In this document: one piece after another, positions 39,553 through 52,262 of the stretch
How positions within the stretch are numbered: the first letter of the stretch is position 1
Layout of the letters: each line of letters opens with the position of its first letter
Assembly: GCA_013239625.1 (NCBI GenBank)
Contig: MU053504.1
Coordinates: 312,001 to 376,000 of the forward strand
Length of the DNA stretch: 64,000 nt
Source of the DNA: Lama guanicoe
Lineage: Eukaryota
Direction of reading: 5' to 3'
Made by a program: the position numbers and the translations under genes
Notes under the pieces: generated by a model
The model's input: the letters and a program-made list of their open reading frames with translations, nothing else
What the model was told of the DNA's origin: nothing
The model's database searches: none

Positions 39553-42500
39553 GACTCCACCTCCTGAGGGGCAAAGGCGCAGGCCTTCTAGGATGGAAGG
39601 ACCTTGTGGCCATTTGTGCTGACGGCCACATACTTGAAATTCTACTTTCTTACTCTGTTCCTTTTAATAGCTTCCTGTTCATGTTTTATGCATGCAATAT
39701 CTTCATCTCTGCAGGGATATTACATTAGGATTTAACTTTTCTCCTGTTTGCATCGTCTTTTTCTCTAAGTCCTTTTCCTCCACTTCTATGGTTTGCCTTG
39801 ATCTATTTCATGTTGGAAGTTCCTTTAAATATGTAATGATCCTTAGCTGTCCGTACATGTTAATAACCCGATTGAAAGCTGTCGGTGGGGAGTGGGGGAC
39901 TCGTGGGCTTCCCCCAAGCCAGCCCTCTTGCAAATTGTTACACCTGTAGGCCTTGGAAGTGGCTCTCCAGGTAAGTTTCTGCCTAGGGGTGAGGGGAGAG
40001 CGTAAGCCCACCAGTGACATTCTGGAACTAGACAGATGAATGATGCTGAGGGTCTCATCCTCTCTGGGCCTCTTGTCTCTCCTTCTAGAGCCTCTTGGTT
40101 CCCTTTCTCCAGATAATAAACTTGCCTTTGCTGGTCTGGTTATGAGAGGGGTGGTTGGTGGCTGGCCAGGGGCCAGTGCTCCTGGTACAGACTTCCAAAG
40201 CACCCCCATCCCACTTTCCATCCTCACCTCACTAGTGCCTTCTGGGATACCTGGCATCTCTAGTTTTGGAGACTTTCAGGCAAACCAGCAATCAACCCAC
40301 ATACCAACTACCCACCCCAGGCATTTAGTCTGACTTTCTTTCTCTCTAATCCGTGGCCATTTCTTCATCTACTTCCTTTCTTCACATATTGTGGTACAAG
40401 GTTACAGTGTCTCCCGGTTTTCCCAGAGTTTGCCTTTTGGTTTATTGTTCTTGTCTTGGGGAGATTTTTTTAACGAGAGGAGGGGAGTAGAAATGCCTTG
40501 AGTTCACCATCTTAAAAAATACCATTTCATTAGAGTTTTCGATAAGAAAAGCACCATTCTACTGAGCAGAAGTGTGTCAGCACTGTGGGTTTCAGGACTC
40601 TTGTGGACAGCCTGTGTGATAGCCCAGACAGTTTTGTGTTCTGCTTTTACAGATGCATTGGGTACAGTTCATATAATAGCAAATTTTGTATTAAGGAAAA
40701 TACAGATAAGTAATTGCTGGCCAGGCAGAGAGCAAAGAGAAGGTCGTCCATGAAGCCTTGTCAAAAGCCCAGAGGTGAAAAAGGGGGTGAAGGTGTGAGG
40801 CCAGCCTGTCCCGGCTATGGCAGAAATGCCACTGTCCCCACAGCTTACCCTCTTCCTGCAGGTCTTGGCCCAGACGTGTCCTCAAACAGGACTTCTGCCC
40901 ACCCATCATTTCTACCTACTGCTCCTGCTTTATTTGTCCTCACCGGATGGCCTGGCAGTGGAATACATTGACTTATTCATCTTTAATGCCTATGGACCCC
41001 GCTAAGAGGTGAGCACTGTGGTGGGAGGAGTTTTTTCACTTCTGATGCCCATGTACCACCATGCCTAGTACATGAATAGATGCTCAATACAGAGCTGTTG
41101 CATGAACAAATGAATGAATGAGTGGCTGCATGAGTGACGGGTTTCTATGACAAGGCAGGAGCTCTGCAGACACAGAGGCCAAAGGGCAACGAGAAAGTCC
41201 TGTGGCCCAGCTGGTGGGTCTCAAGCTGCCTGCTATGGTGGCCCCTGCTCCTGGGGAATCACAGCTGCTTCCTCTCTAATAACTCCCTCCTCGGAGGCCA
41301 GGAGGCTTTGAGAAAGAACACAAAGTCCCTTTATTCAGGGGAGTGGATTCCATCTCAAGACAAATTGTTACCTCTGAGGCCACCAGCCACCCAGCCGGCC
41401 CATCACCATGGCCTCCCTCTCAAGGATGTGGGCACAGGCCTGGCCAGAGCTGAAATTGCCCTGGAAGCTAGTTTCCTCTTTAATTAACAGGGAGAGCGAC
41501 CAAGCCTGCTAATGGGGTGGGGTATGGAGTGGGGGTAGGGGCAAGTTCATAAAGTCCCCAAAGGATCAAGGCCTCCTTGTTTATTTTCCAGAAAATGTTC
41601 CCCTTTACCCAGAACAGGGTGGGGGCCCAGTGGGCCGCAGGCGGGGAAAAAGCTTTAACCTCCAGCTTGCTCAGCTCAGCGCGTCACAATTTGAGTTGCA
41701 TTTTTTTTAATAATTGCGAACTTAATGAAAAAATAACCTAACCCCAAAACACAGCAGGGACTCATGACATTTGGCGGGAGCCCCCGGCAGCTGTGAGGAC
41801 CAGACACAAGGGTACAGAGGAGCCACTGGAAGACAGGGAGACTCCCTCTCTCCGTAGCCAGACTTGGCTCCCTATTGCCTTTTGTATTATGCCCAAATGC
41901 CTCAGCCTATTCTTACAGCTGACTTCCCCCAGGCCATACGTGGAGGACGTGGGACCGGAAGGGAAAGGAAGTTGCCAGGCGTGTGCATGTGGGAACTGCT
42001 GCAGGTTGTGAGGCTGGTTGGGGTGAGTTCTTGGAGAGGGCTGGACTGAAGTGAGAATACGTCCTTGTTGCAATCTGGGCCGTGGCTGGGTATGCCCAAC
42101 GTAGCAGGCAGCTAGCCCTGGGAAGGGGGCACTAGGGTTATCCCTTTTATACATCCTAGGACTTGAGCCCAAGCCTGTCTGGTTTTTAACCCACAAGTTC
42201 AGGGCTCTGAAGGGGTAGAAACCAAACAGCAGCAGCAGCAGCAGCTTCCACGGTTTGTGGACTTGCTCCTTGTCGGACTCTGTGCTGAGTTCTTTGCCAT
42301 CAGCATCTCTTTTAATCTCTACGGTAATCTTACATGGTAGGTGGTGTTATTGGCCCATTTTACAAATGGAGCACAGCGTGTTGGTTCAAAGTTCTACCAT
42401 TAGGAAATGGCCTATGTTCTTACCCACCAAGCATAAAGCTCTACAGTTAGTGGGGCCGGAAATGAGTTTTGTGAGCTCCCAAGAGCAGAGACCTTACCTG

Positions 42501-44509
42501 CCTTATTCTGTTTTTGTATCCCCAGGGCCTAGAACAGAGCTTAGCATATATAGTGAATGTTTAATGAATATTTGTGAACCAATGAATGAATCAACCTAGA
42601 AGTAACTTCCCAAAGAACCACCCCATTCTCCCTTCCCCATTCCAGATGATCTCAACTTACCTTGAAGTAGGCAAGGTATAAAGAGGCTCCAGAAGCCAGG
42701 CTGAGATATAGGACTTGATTTGAAAGACAGTAGACTTTCAGCAGTTTTTTGAGAAAAGGAATTCTAAGTTACGGTGGGGCAGGTAACTGTCTTCCCGTGT
42801 CCCCACGGATTCCAGGAGTTCATCAAGGTCAGTGAACCTTTCGCCAGAAGGTCAAGTTATTTCCAGGGCCAGGTGTGTGCTGAGGGCAGAAGAGGGTGCT
42901 TCTCAGAGGTTGCAGGTCCCAAGGGTGTCATCCTCTTTGCGCTGGTGGCTGAGAGTGCCGGGATCAAGCCATCCAGCCAGGCTCTTCAGCCTGCCCTGAT
43001 AAATCCCCATGACCCTGGGGCAGGGACACCAAAATGCACATGGCCACTGCCAGCCTCCAGAATCAGTGCATCCCTGAATCTTCGAACAATGGATTCTTTG
43101 AAACTCAACCTTGAAGTCTTGGAGACCCAGAAACACCCAACTCAGACTCTGAGGCTGGAGAAAGTTCCCAGTCTAGAATAATGGCAGGAACAAAGCGTTG
43201 AACACTTACTGTGCTCTAGGCACAGTGTACAAATATTATCTCATTCAGTCCTCACCACCACTCCGTGAGGTAGTAACTCCAGTGCTCCTTACTTTACAGA
43301 TGTGGAAACTGAAGCACCAGAAAGTCATGTATTTTGCCCAAGGTCGCTCAGTTCACGGAGGTGGGGCTGGCCATAGATGGACCCTGGTCATCTGACTCTA
43401 GGCCTCAGTCGCTGAAAATCATCAAGACTCAGAATCTCAGGTTTTTAGAATCATAGAAAGTTACATGGGCAGAATCTTAGAGCCACTGAATCATAAAATC
43501 AGAGCACTTTGGAATCCACCATTGTTGATTTGTCAAATTCTGCAGTCAGAAAATCCAGGCATTTTATCATCCTGGAATTCTAGACTCTTGGGGGTTTCAA
43601 GTCAGAGAAGTTTGGATACTGGAATGTTAGACCGACGGAAAGAATCTTGGGTTGCAGACCCTCTCACGTGGCAGACAGGGATACTGAGGCCCACAGAAGG
43701 GAAGGGAGGTGTCTGATAGAGGCAGAGTCCAGTGGACTGGGTGTTGGTGTTCAGAGAGAGAAATCTGAGTGAACAAAGAGAGGCCTTGGGCGGACAAGGA
43801 TCTGTTTGTGATTAGCCGTGGGTTTCAGTGCCGCCGAGGAATGTGCCCACGGTACCAGCACCCCGCAGGTCGCTGCCTCCTTTCTTCCCCGTCAGATGTT
43901 TTCCTCGGAGCCTGCTTTTCGCCAGACTCAGTATCCTGTTTATACTCCCGACAAATTGAATTTTCAGAAGTTGGCCTCCTAGAAGCCAGCTTAATACATT
44001 GGAGGTTTTCTTTGCCTGCTTGCTGTTTCTCAGTGGGATGCCTGCTCTCCAGAAGCCCAGAGGGAGCCCACAGAGATTTTGACCAGTCAAATCACCAGCC
44101 CAGGATGAAGGAGGGACAGGAACCATGGGGCAGGTGGTGCGGGACATGAACAGACGCCAGGGCAGGAATAGAGATGGAGTGTCCCAAGGCAGGAGGTACA
44201 AGGCCCTCATAGGCTCCAAGCTGCTCAGGCCACACGTGGAAACATGGGTCCTAACTGGAGGCCCTCCATCTTTCAACGACATTAAACAAGCAAATGAGGC
44301 TTGTCTGATGGAGGGATGGCGAAAGGTGGGTGGGAACCCCATGCACTGGGAGGTCTTTAGCCTGGAGTAGATGGGAGGAAGCCTGAATTCTGAAGCGTAG
44401 CCTCGCAGGGGCTGCCCCCTTGAAGGCAGAGACACAAGTGGAGTTCTCAGGGCAGACCTAAGGCTACAGGGTAGAAATCATCTGGAGAAGATTTGGGTTC
44501 CATCAAAAG

Positions 44510-44965
44510 CAGGGGTTCTCAAAGTACAGTTTGGACTGTCTGGAGTCCCGAGGCCATTCCAGGGGCTCCAGAAGGTCAAGACTATTTTTATAACTGAGAC
44601 TTCATTTGCCCTTTTCACTTTCCGTGGACTTTTCCAAACTGATACGACATTTGATAGCTACATCACTTCAAAAACAACAAAAAAATTAACGCAAAAAATT
44701 CATGAACAAAATAGCAATTTTCATTAAAGATCAATATCCCCAATGTTTCCTTTTGCCTCAGGCTCCAATATGGATTTCTCAAACTATTGCATTAAAATAT
44801 TTCTCTTGATTATTGTGATTTTTGGCTCCTCTTACATTTTACACTCATTTAACTCACCTTGATCCTGGCTCTAGATATAACCCATGTGAACAGAAGCTCT
44901 TTGGGGGGTTCTCAATTTTTAAGGGTATAAAGGGATCTCAAGACCAAAATGACTGAGAATCACTG
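44510..44965. mobile_element. hAT-Charlie non-autonomous element, probably with a nested MER96/Tip100-like piece (about 44710-44872)
   Basis: Terminal inverted repeats CAGGGGTTCTCA / TGAGAATCACTG. 8-bp TSD ATCAAA(A/G)G at 44502-44509 and 44966-44973. Confidence 0.75.
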
Positions 44966-45069
44966 ATCAAAGGAACCATGTTCCTTCAGCTCAAACTACC
45001 CGATGATGAAAGGGACTGTGTTCCGAGATACTGAGTTCCTGTCACTAGGTGTGCGCAAACGAAGCAATG

Positions 45070-45750
45070 AAAGAACCAGCCATGGGGAAAGGGGACAGGT
45101 GTCCAGCATCTCTTGCCTGGATGCCTATAGTAGCTGCCCCTCAGGCCTCCACCCCGCCTCCTCAGCAGCCTCTGGATCTTCTCATTTTCACACTTGATAC
45201 CTCCTAATACTTTCCCATGACTCTCTACGCAAAAGCCAAACTCTTCTCTATGGCCTGCAAGACCCTGTGTGCCCTGGACCCGTCTGCCACTCCTACCACT
45301 CCTACCCCGTAGCTTGCTCTGCTGTCACCACACTGGCCTCTTTCCAGTCCCAGACATGCCAAATCCTTTCCCACCTCAGGGCTTTGCACATAATGTTCTC
45401 TGTGCCTGAAACATCCTTCTCTTCACTCTTCATCATGGCTGTTCCTTCATCCTCCTCAGCTTGATTGTAACCTCCTCCAGGGAGCCTTCCCTGAGTACCC
45501 AGAGAAAGCAGGATTTCTCTAACATTATTTCTCACCCTCTTGCTTGCTCCCTTCACAGATTCTCATCATCATCCATTTTAGCTTTATTTGTTGGTATGGA
45601 TGGCTCTCATCTGTTCTCCCCATGAGACCATGAGCTCCTCCAGTGCAGGAAGCCTGTCCTGATGTTGGATCCCTGCACCTGACCTAGCAACTGGCATGGA
45701 AGAGGCCCTTGAGAAATATTTGTTGAGCAAATACATAAATTCATTATGAA
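45070..45750 (+). mobile_element. L2 LINE 3' fragment
   Basis: CCCACCTCAGGGCTTTGCACAT...CCATGAGCTCC...AAATATTTGTTGA. Confidence 0.75.
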
Positions 45751-46933
45751 TGTACAAATCAACAAGTGACTAAGGGATGAAACCAGTCGCACGCTGATGC
45801 TCTGGCACTCATCAGGAAGCCCAAGGCAACACAGATTGCTGGAAACATCAGTAACCAATGCTGGATGGTGTGTGTTAAAGTATTAAGTGTTACATGTTTG
45901 CCCCTCGGCATTAATCAAGTGGGAGGAGAGAGAGAGATTGGCCTGCCTGGAGAAAGCAGCTAGAACTTGGATGAGCTGGGGCTTAAATACAAACCTCTAG
46001 GTCTTTGCTAGGGTAAGCTTCCCCTGCCTGGAATGCCTTCCTATCTTTCTCTGATGATTCATATTTTATTCATTGTCAGGGCTCAGCTCAAACAGCACTG
46101 CCCCCTAAAGCCCTCCCCTGACTCTTCTTCATTCAGAACGAATCATTCCTTGTCCTGGGTGTTCCTTTTTCAGTGTGACAACCCTCATTTACTGTCCAGA
46201 TTTGAAAGTATTAGCTTCTAGAAATATCTAGATAGCTGAGATGTCAATGTCCCATTTTAGAGGTAGGTAAAGCCGGAGAAGTGCTTACATTCTCGTGGAA
46301 CAGACTCATCCAAGGCAAAATAAACAGGTCCAGATTACGTGGGAGGTGCTAAGAGCAATGGCAAAAATATCGCAGGGATCAGGAAATGCTTGGATAGAAG
46401 GGAGGCCTCTTGGAGGGGTCAAATAGATGTGGGTTTAAATTCCAGCTAATAATATCAGCTAAAACTCAGTTAACTGTCAAACATTTAGTTAGACTTCACT
46501 TCAGGATGTCTGCCTCATGGGGGCCGGAACCATGTCTGTTTATTCACTGCGCTGCCCCCAGCAGCTAGAACAGAACCCAGCACACAGTAGGTGTTCAGTA
46601 GATGGTGTAAGTCGAATGCAGATAATACATGTATAATATGCCCCAGGTGTTAATACACTAATCATCTGACTTAATCTACACGGTCAGTGAAATAGGGGTT
46701 ATTATCATCCCCATTTTATAAATAAATGGGGCACAGCAATGTTAAAGACTAACTTACCCAAAAGTACCCCACTAATAAAGGTGGAGCCAGAGATAGATTG
46801 TAATCCAGTCTAGTCTGCCTTGCATCTTAGCCATTACTCAACACAGCCTCACTCCACTCGTTTGCTGTGTGATCAGGGCACATTGCCTAACCTCTCTGAG
46901 CCTCAATGTCTCTATCTTTTAAAATAGTATCCA

Positions 46934-47178
46934 GAGGGAGGGATAAATTAAGAATTTGGGATTAGCACATACAAACTACTATATACAAAATAAATAAACT
47001 ACAAGGTCCTACTGTATAGCACAGGGAACTATATTCAACAGTTTGTAATAACCTATAATGAAAAAGAACATACGTATGTGTAACTGAATCACTATGCTGT
47101 ACACCAGAAACTAACACAACATTGTAAATCAATTATACTTCAATTTAAATTTTTTTAAAAAAAGAAAGCTGAAAAAAC
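46934..47178 (+). mobile_element. Young 5'-truncated L1 3' end inserted into a MIR
   Basis: Same L1 3' UTR motifs. TSD ATAGTATCCA at 46924-46933 and 47179-47188. MIR sequence resumes on both sides. Confidence 0.88.
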
Positions 47179-49227
47179 ATAGTATCCATGTCACAAGGTT
47201 ACTGTGAAAGTTCAATTCCTGTAGAGCTCTTAGACCCCTGCCTGGCACGCAGTAACACCTTGGTTCCGGTGATCCATTCTCATTCGATATTCTATTAGCC
47301 ATTATGACACAAAAGGACATAGAATGAAACTTTCCAGATGGACAAACCTTCTATGATTTCTAGAGAGTCTTGGGAAACTTGGTCAGTTATGGAGGCTGCA
47401 AAGAAGAAAGCCTGAAGGGGATAATGTGAAAATGGTGACCCTGTCCAGGCAGGTTGATTTGTAAATTACCTTCCTCATCCCTTAGGACCCCAAAGATTGC
47501 CCAACATGACACAGTCTCTGGCCCTCGGGAGCATTTGCTGAGTGAACAAATGCATGAACGGTTAGATAGATGAATGGATGGCTGCCGGTAGAGTGTGAAC
47601 TGGAAGATCAGACAGGAGGCAGGGAGACCAGTGAGTGTCTAGAGCAACTGTCCAGGTGAGAGAGAGTGAGACCTAACCCTGCAGGGAGCACGGGGATGGG
47701 GCAGTAAGAGAGATAGGAGGGGAGCCCTGCAGGATTCTCTGACCTAGAGCCTCTATCTGCGTCCTCTCTCAAAATCCCTCTCGTGTTCCCCTCTCCTTGC
47801 CCTGCACTGTTCTGGGTCCCTTTCCTTTCCCCTCTGCATCTCCAAGTCTTGCCCATTTCCATCAGCTGCCCCAGCTCTGCTTCCTCTGGGAAGACTTACT
47901 GACGCTGCAGCTCCCCCTTACTTGCCCTGCAGCAAGCCTTTCCCATTACACCGACCAAAGTGCAGGAAGGGGTTCCCCAAACAGAAATCGGAAGAAGGGG
48001 GAATGGATTCTGTAGAGGTGAGTAACCAACCTTTACCTACTATAAGGACCTACTGTAAATTTGCTTTGCCATTTATAGATGAGGAAACAGCCTCAGAGAG
48101 GTGAAGTCATTCTCACAGTTTGGAAGGGGCAAAGGCAGGCTTCCATCTGGCACCAGAGCCCAGACTCTAAAGTGCTCCAGCACTTTCCAGGCAACATCTG
48201 CTGGAACTTGGGCTGGACGCAGGGTAATTAGGAGAAGGACGACATTCCCAGGAGGCCTTCCGGACGCCCTCTCGGACGGCCTGACACTTGGCAGCATTGG
48301 CTTTAATTAAAACCGCACTCAGATCAAACTCGTCTGAGACTCTCTGGGGGGACAGAAGAGCTGGGAGGTGGCAGCCACGGCCTGTGTGTCAGACCTCAGT
48401 CTAGCCAGGCCTGGAGGAAGTAAGGCTCCGTCCTCACAGAGCTCTGTGGGGTTATTCTGAACGGTGGTAAGTCACATTTATTGAGTACTTTCTTTATGGC
48501 AGACACAGTTCTAGGTCCTTTGTGAGTCTTAACTTCTTTCATCTTTTCAGCAACTCTGTGAAGTTGGCGCTGTTATTAATTGCCATGGTTGAATTATGGA
48601 AACTGAGGCACCACGTGGTCTCAACTCAGAGGAAGTGCTCAGTAAGTGCTGCTGTTTATCATTATATTAAATAATGACACCATTATATCCAAGGATCCTT
48701 AAACCTTGGATTCTGTGGGTTTCTCCAGGACTCAGTTTCTCCATCTGCAGCTCTTGCCATCTCTCAAAGACTCAGTTTCTACCACATCGTGGAACCATCA
48801 TGTTCTATTCCCTTTCTCTCCTGCCCTCTCTCCGCTCAAAGGCCAGCGTTTGGACAAGGGTCATCGTGAACTTCGACTCATGGGAACATACCCCAGTGAT
48901 CGGGGGAAGTCCAGTTAGGTGCCAAAAGACTGCTGAAAGAACCAAATGAGCCAACATTCATAGTGTTCAGCATGAGGCCTGCATATAGCAGATGCTCAAA
49001 AATAAATAATATTGCCATGAAGTTGTCTAAGGTCCCTAAATTAATAAAAGCAGAGCTCAGATTTAATCCCAAGTCTGAGAGTCAGCAAAGTAACACTTTT
49101 CACTATGTACTTTTCATCATGTGACATAAAGGCTGGAGGGAATGGAACGAATGATTTACTCACCTCTGTTTTAGTCAAAGGCACGAAATTAGTGCCAGGT
49201 AGATCTTGGATAACCCTGCATTGGAAA

Positions 49228-49500
49228 GACAGATAGATGGGTGTGTGTGTAGATGAATAAAAGGATGGACGGATGGTGGGGTGACTGGATGGGCAGTAGA
49301 CGTGTGGGTAGGTAGCAGGATGGATAAGATGGACGGTTGCTGGTTGATTGGCTGGGTGGAAGAGTAAATTGGAGATGGTTAGGTGGAAGGATGGACGTGT
49401 GAGTGGCGGGGCAAATACTTGCATTCTTGGATGGACAAATGAACGGGTAAGTGGCAGGACAGATGGGAGGACGGGCAGGTAGCTAAGTGGGAGGGCAAAT
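49228..49500 (+). repeat. Degenerate (GGAT)n-like repeat
   Basis: Repeated GATG/GGAT/GGAC/GGGT tetramers. Confidence 0.75.
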
Positions 49501-50470
49501 AGAATAATGCTGATAGAAGCACGGGTGAATGTCTCTGTCCTCCTGGCTACCTCTTCCCCGCTGCCTTTTCCAGTGGAAAATTGAAAATCATGGGCCCTGG
49601 GAAGACATTTCCCTGTGTGGTCTGTTAATAGAGGCCCAGAAAGGCCAGCTGAGGCTGAAAGCTCACCCCCCACCAAGACCCTGTCATTAGCCATGCTCCC
49701 CTACCCCGCCTTTGGGAGAAAGTATAAGCTGGTGGCCACTGAGGGGCCCACCCAGGCTCCTCATTAAGCCTTATTAAGCCCACAGAGGGGGAGGAAGAAA
49801 GAGAGGAGCCCTTTCTCCCAAAGGTCAGCTGTTGGGAAAAGAAGGCACAGATGTGCTCTGGGGGTGGTCGTCTCCTCTCGAGCCCCAAGGAACGCAGACA
49901 TTTGCCTGACCCAACCGCCTTCACTGCCATCTTGCAGGCTGGGAAACCAAGGCCATACACAAGAGGAGAGGGGCACACGCAGCCGTAGGCACAGAATCAG
50001 ACTCACACCCAGGCCTCCTGACTCACAGACTGTGGTCTTGCCTTTCCCCGAAATTCACAGCCTCCCAGTAGACATTGGAGAAGGAGAGGAATGAACATGA
50101 ATGGGGCTCCTACAGACGCTGGGCCCTTGAGCTGAGCATCTTCTGTTGGCAAAGCCACTGGTCTCCTCTGTGTTCCCACTGGTAAAATGAAAATTATTTG
50201 TCCTTTCATTGTTTCAACACCTATTTATTAAATATCTACTATGGGCTAAGCACTGATCTAGGTGATAGAAATATGGCACTAATTAACTACACAAGGTTTC
50301 CACCCTCACAGAGCTTTTACCTTCTAGAAGGGGATAGAGACAATAAACTAGCAGATAAATAAAATGTACTATGAAGAAAATCAAATAGGCTGAGACGTAT
50401 GGTAATGGAAGGGACAGTTTTGGATGGGATGATTGGGGCAGGAGGGCTTCTCCTTCTCGGAGAAGGTAAC

Positions 50471-50880
50471 TGTGGCCAAGGTGGTCAGTTGCCCATCAAA
50501 TCCATACTCCCTTTGCTGGTGTCTGGCTGGAACTGACCAGTGGCTGCCCAGGCAGGGGTAATGTGTCCCAGCCCCCTCTAGGCATTTAGGTGTGGCCATG
50601 TGACCAGCTCTCGCCAATGGGATGGGAGCAGAATTGGTAAGTGCCACTTCCTAAGCTAGGCTTTCAGAAGTAGGTAAGCTTCCTTCATGTTCTTTCCTTT
50701 TCCCCTGGTGGAGTGCAAATGACAGCAAGGCCCCAGGATGGAGGAGCCCGGATCCCTGCATCACCACGTGGAGGAGAGCCATCTGCTGCATTTGCACATC
50801 CATTGCGTAAGTGAGAGGTGGACTTCTAGGTGCTTGAGTCATTGCACATTTCTGGGCCTTTTTGTTCCAGCACTTTAGCC
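50471..50880 (+). mobile_element. MaLR LTR (MLT1-type) splitting an L2
   Basis: GTGTGGCCATGTGACCAGCTCTCGCCAATGGGATG...GGAGCCCGGATCCCTG. Minus-strand L2 lies on both sides (about 50210-50470 and 50890-51370). Confidence 0.72.
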
Positions 50881-51934
50881 GAGCTCAGGCATACTATGTT
50901 TGAACCGAGATCTGAAAGACACGTGATGAACTGGTTTAGGGCATCTCAGGCAGAGGAGGTGGAAAGTGAAAAGGCCTCAAGCAGGACTGAGCTTGGCGTA
51001 TCGGAGAAAGGGAAAGGCTGTCAGTGTGGCCAGGATGAACGGCACAAGAGGTGAGACACACAGGCAGGGCCTCAGCAGGAGTCCAGACTTTAGGGGAGGC
51101 CACTGTGTGTTGGGCCAGAAACAGAGAAGAGATATAAACTGATTTGCATTTTGAAAAGATCCCCCTGGCTGATACACAGAGATGAGCTGGAGGGAGGCCG
51201 GAGTGGACGTAGAATCAGGGTGGGGGCGGCTAGTGCAGTCATCCTGGCAGGAGGTGATGGTGGCCTGGAAGAGGCTGAGGATAACAAAGACAGAATAAAG
51301 TGGATGAATTCAGGGTATATTTTGGAGGGCTTGCTAATGGGTTGGTTGCGGAGGGTGAGAGAAAATAAATAATCCAAATAAAATCAAATGGAGGAGCCGA
51401 TATATATTAATAGACACTTTGGGGGAATCTTTCTAGCTCACAGCTGCCTGCCTCCCCTGAGAACTTCCTGCCAATGGGAACTCTGTTTAGCGCACAACTT
51501 GGCCCCTCCTCTGTTGCTGAATGGACCAGCAATGGGCTCCTGATTGGGGCTCAGCTAATCAGATCATTCTGGCTGTTGGAGGTGTGGCTGAAGTGGGAAC
51601 TGGACCAGGTCCAAGACTCTCTTCCTTGATAGAGATCCCAGGGAGATGGGCCTAGAAGCAGAGAAAGAATGAGCTCTCCCAGGCCATCCACCCACCCCAT
51701 AGGAGAGGACTCCGAGGGTGAGAGAAAAAAATAAAATAAATAACTGAAAATGGAGTTTCCCCCCATCAACCACAGCCAGAAATGCCACAGCTAAGCAAGA
51801 AGAGGCTTGCCTTTGCAGAGTGCTGGCCTGGCAGGGCAGGAATGGGTCTCCCAGGGCAGAGGATAGGTTGGGGTAGGCCAGACTTCTGTGCCCCAGGCTG
51901 AAAGGCATGACCTCCTCATCTGTCAGGTGGCTGA

Positions 51935-52262
51935 GTGTAGCAGATTATATTTTCCAAAATGACCACAGCAATAATTCCATTCCCACATGCTCTTTGAGAA
52001 CCTTGTCCTCTCTTTCACCAAGAGGGGGAGACTATTTCCCCTCCCCTGGAACCTAGGCAGAACTTGGGACTGACAACAAATAGAAATGCAGCAGAGATGA
52101 CACTGTGGGGCTTCCAAGGCTGAGTTAGAAAAGATGTTACAGCCTCTCCCTGGCTCTGTCTTGGAACACACCCTGGGAGACCAGTCTCCATGTTGTGAGG
52201 AAGCCCCGGCCCCAAGGAGAAGTCAGATAAAGATGATTAGGCTGACAGCCCAGCCAAGGTCA
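51935..52262 (+). mobile_element. MaLR LTR fragment (MLT1-type)
   Basis: TGTAGCAGATTATATTTTCCAAAATGACCACAGCAATA...CCATGTTGTGAGGAAGCCC. Confidence 0.78.
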
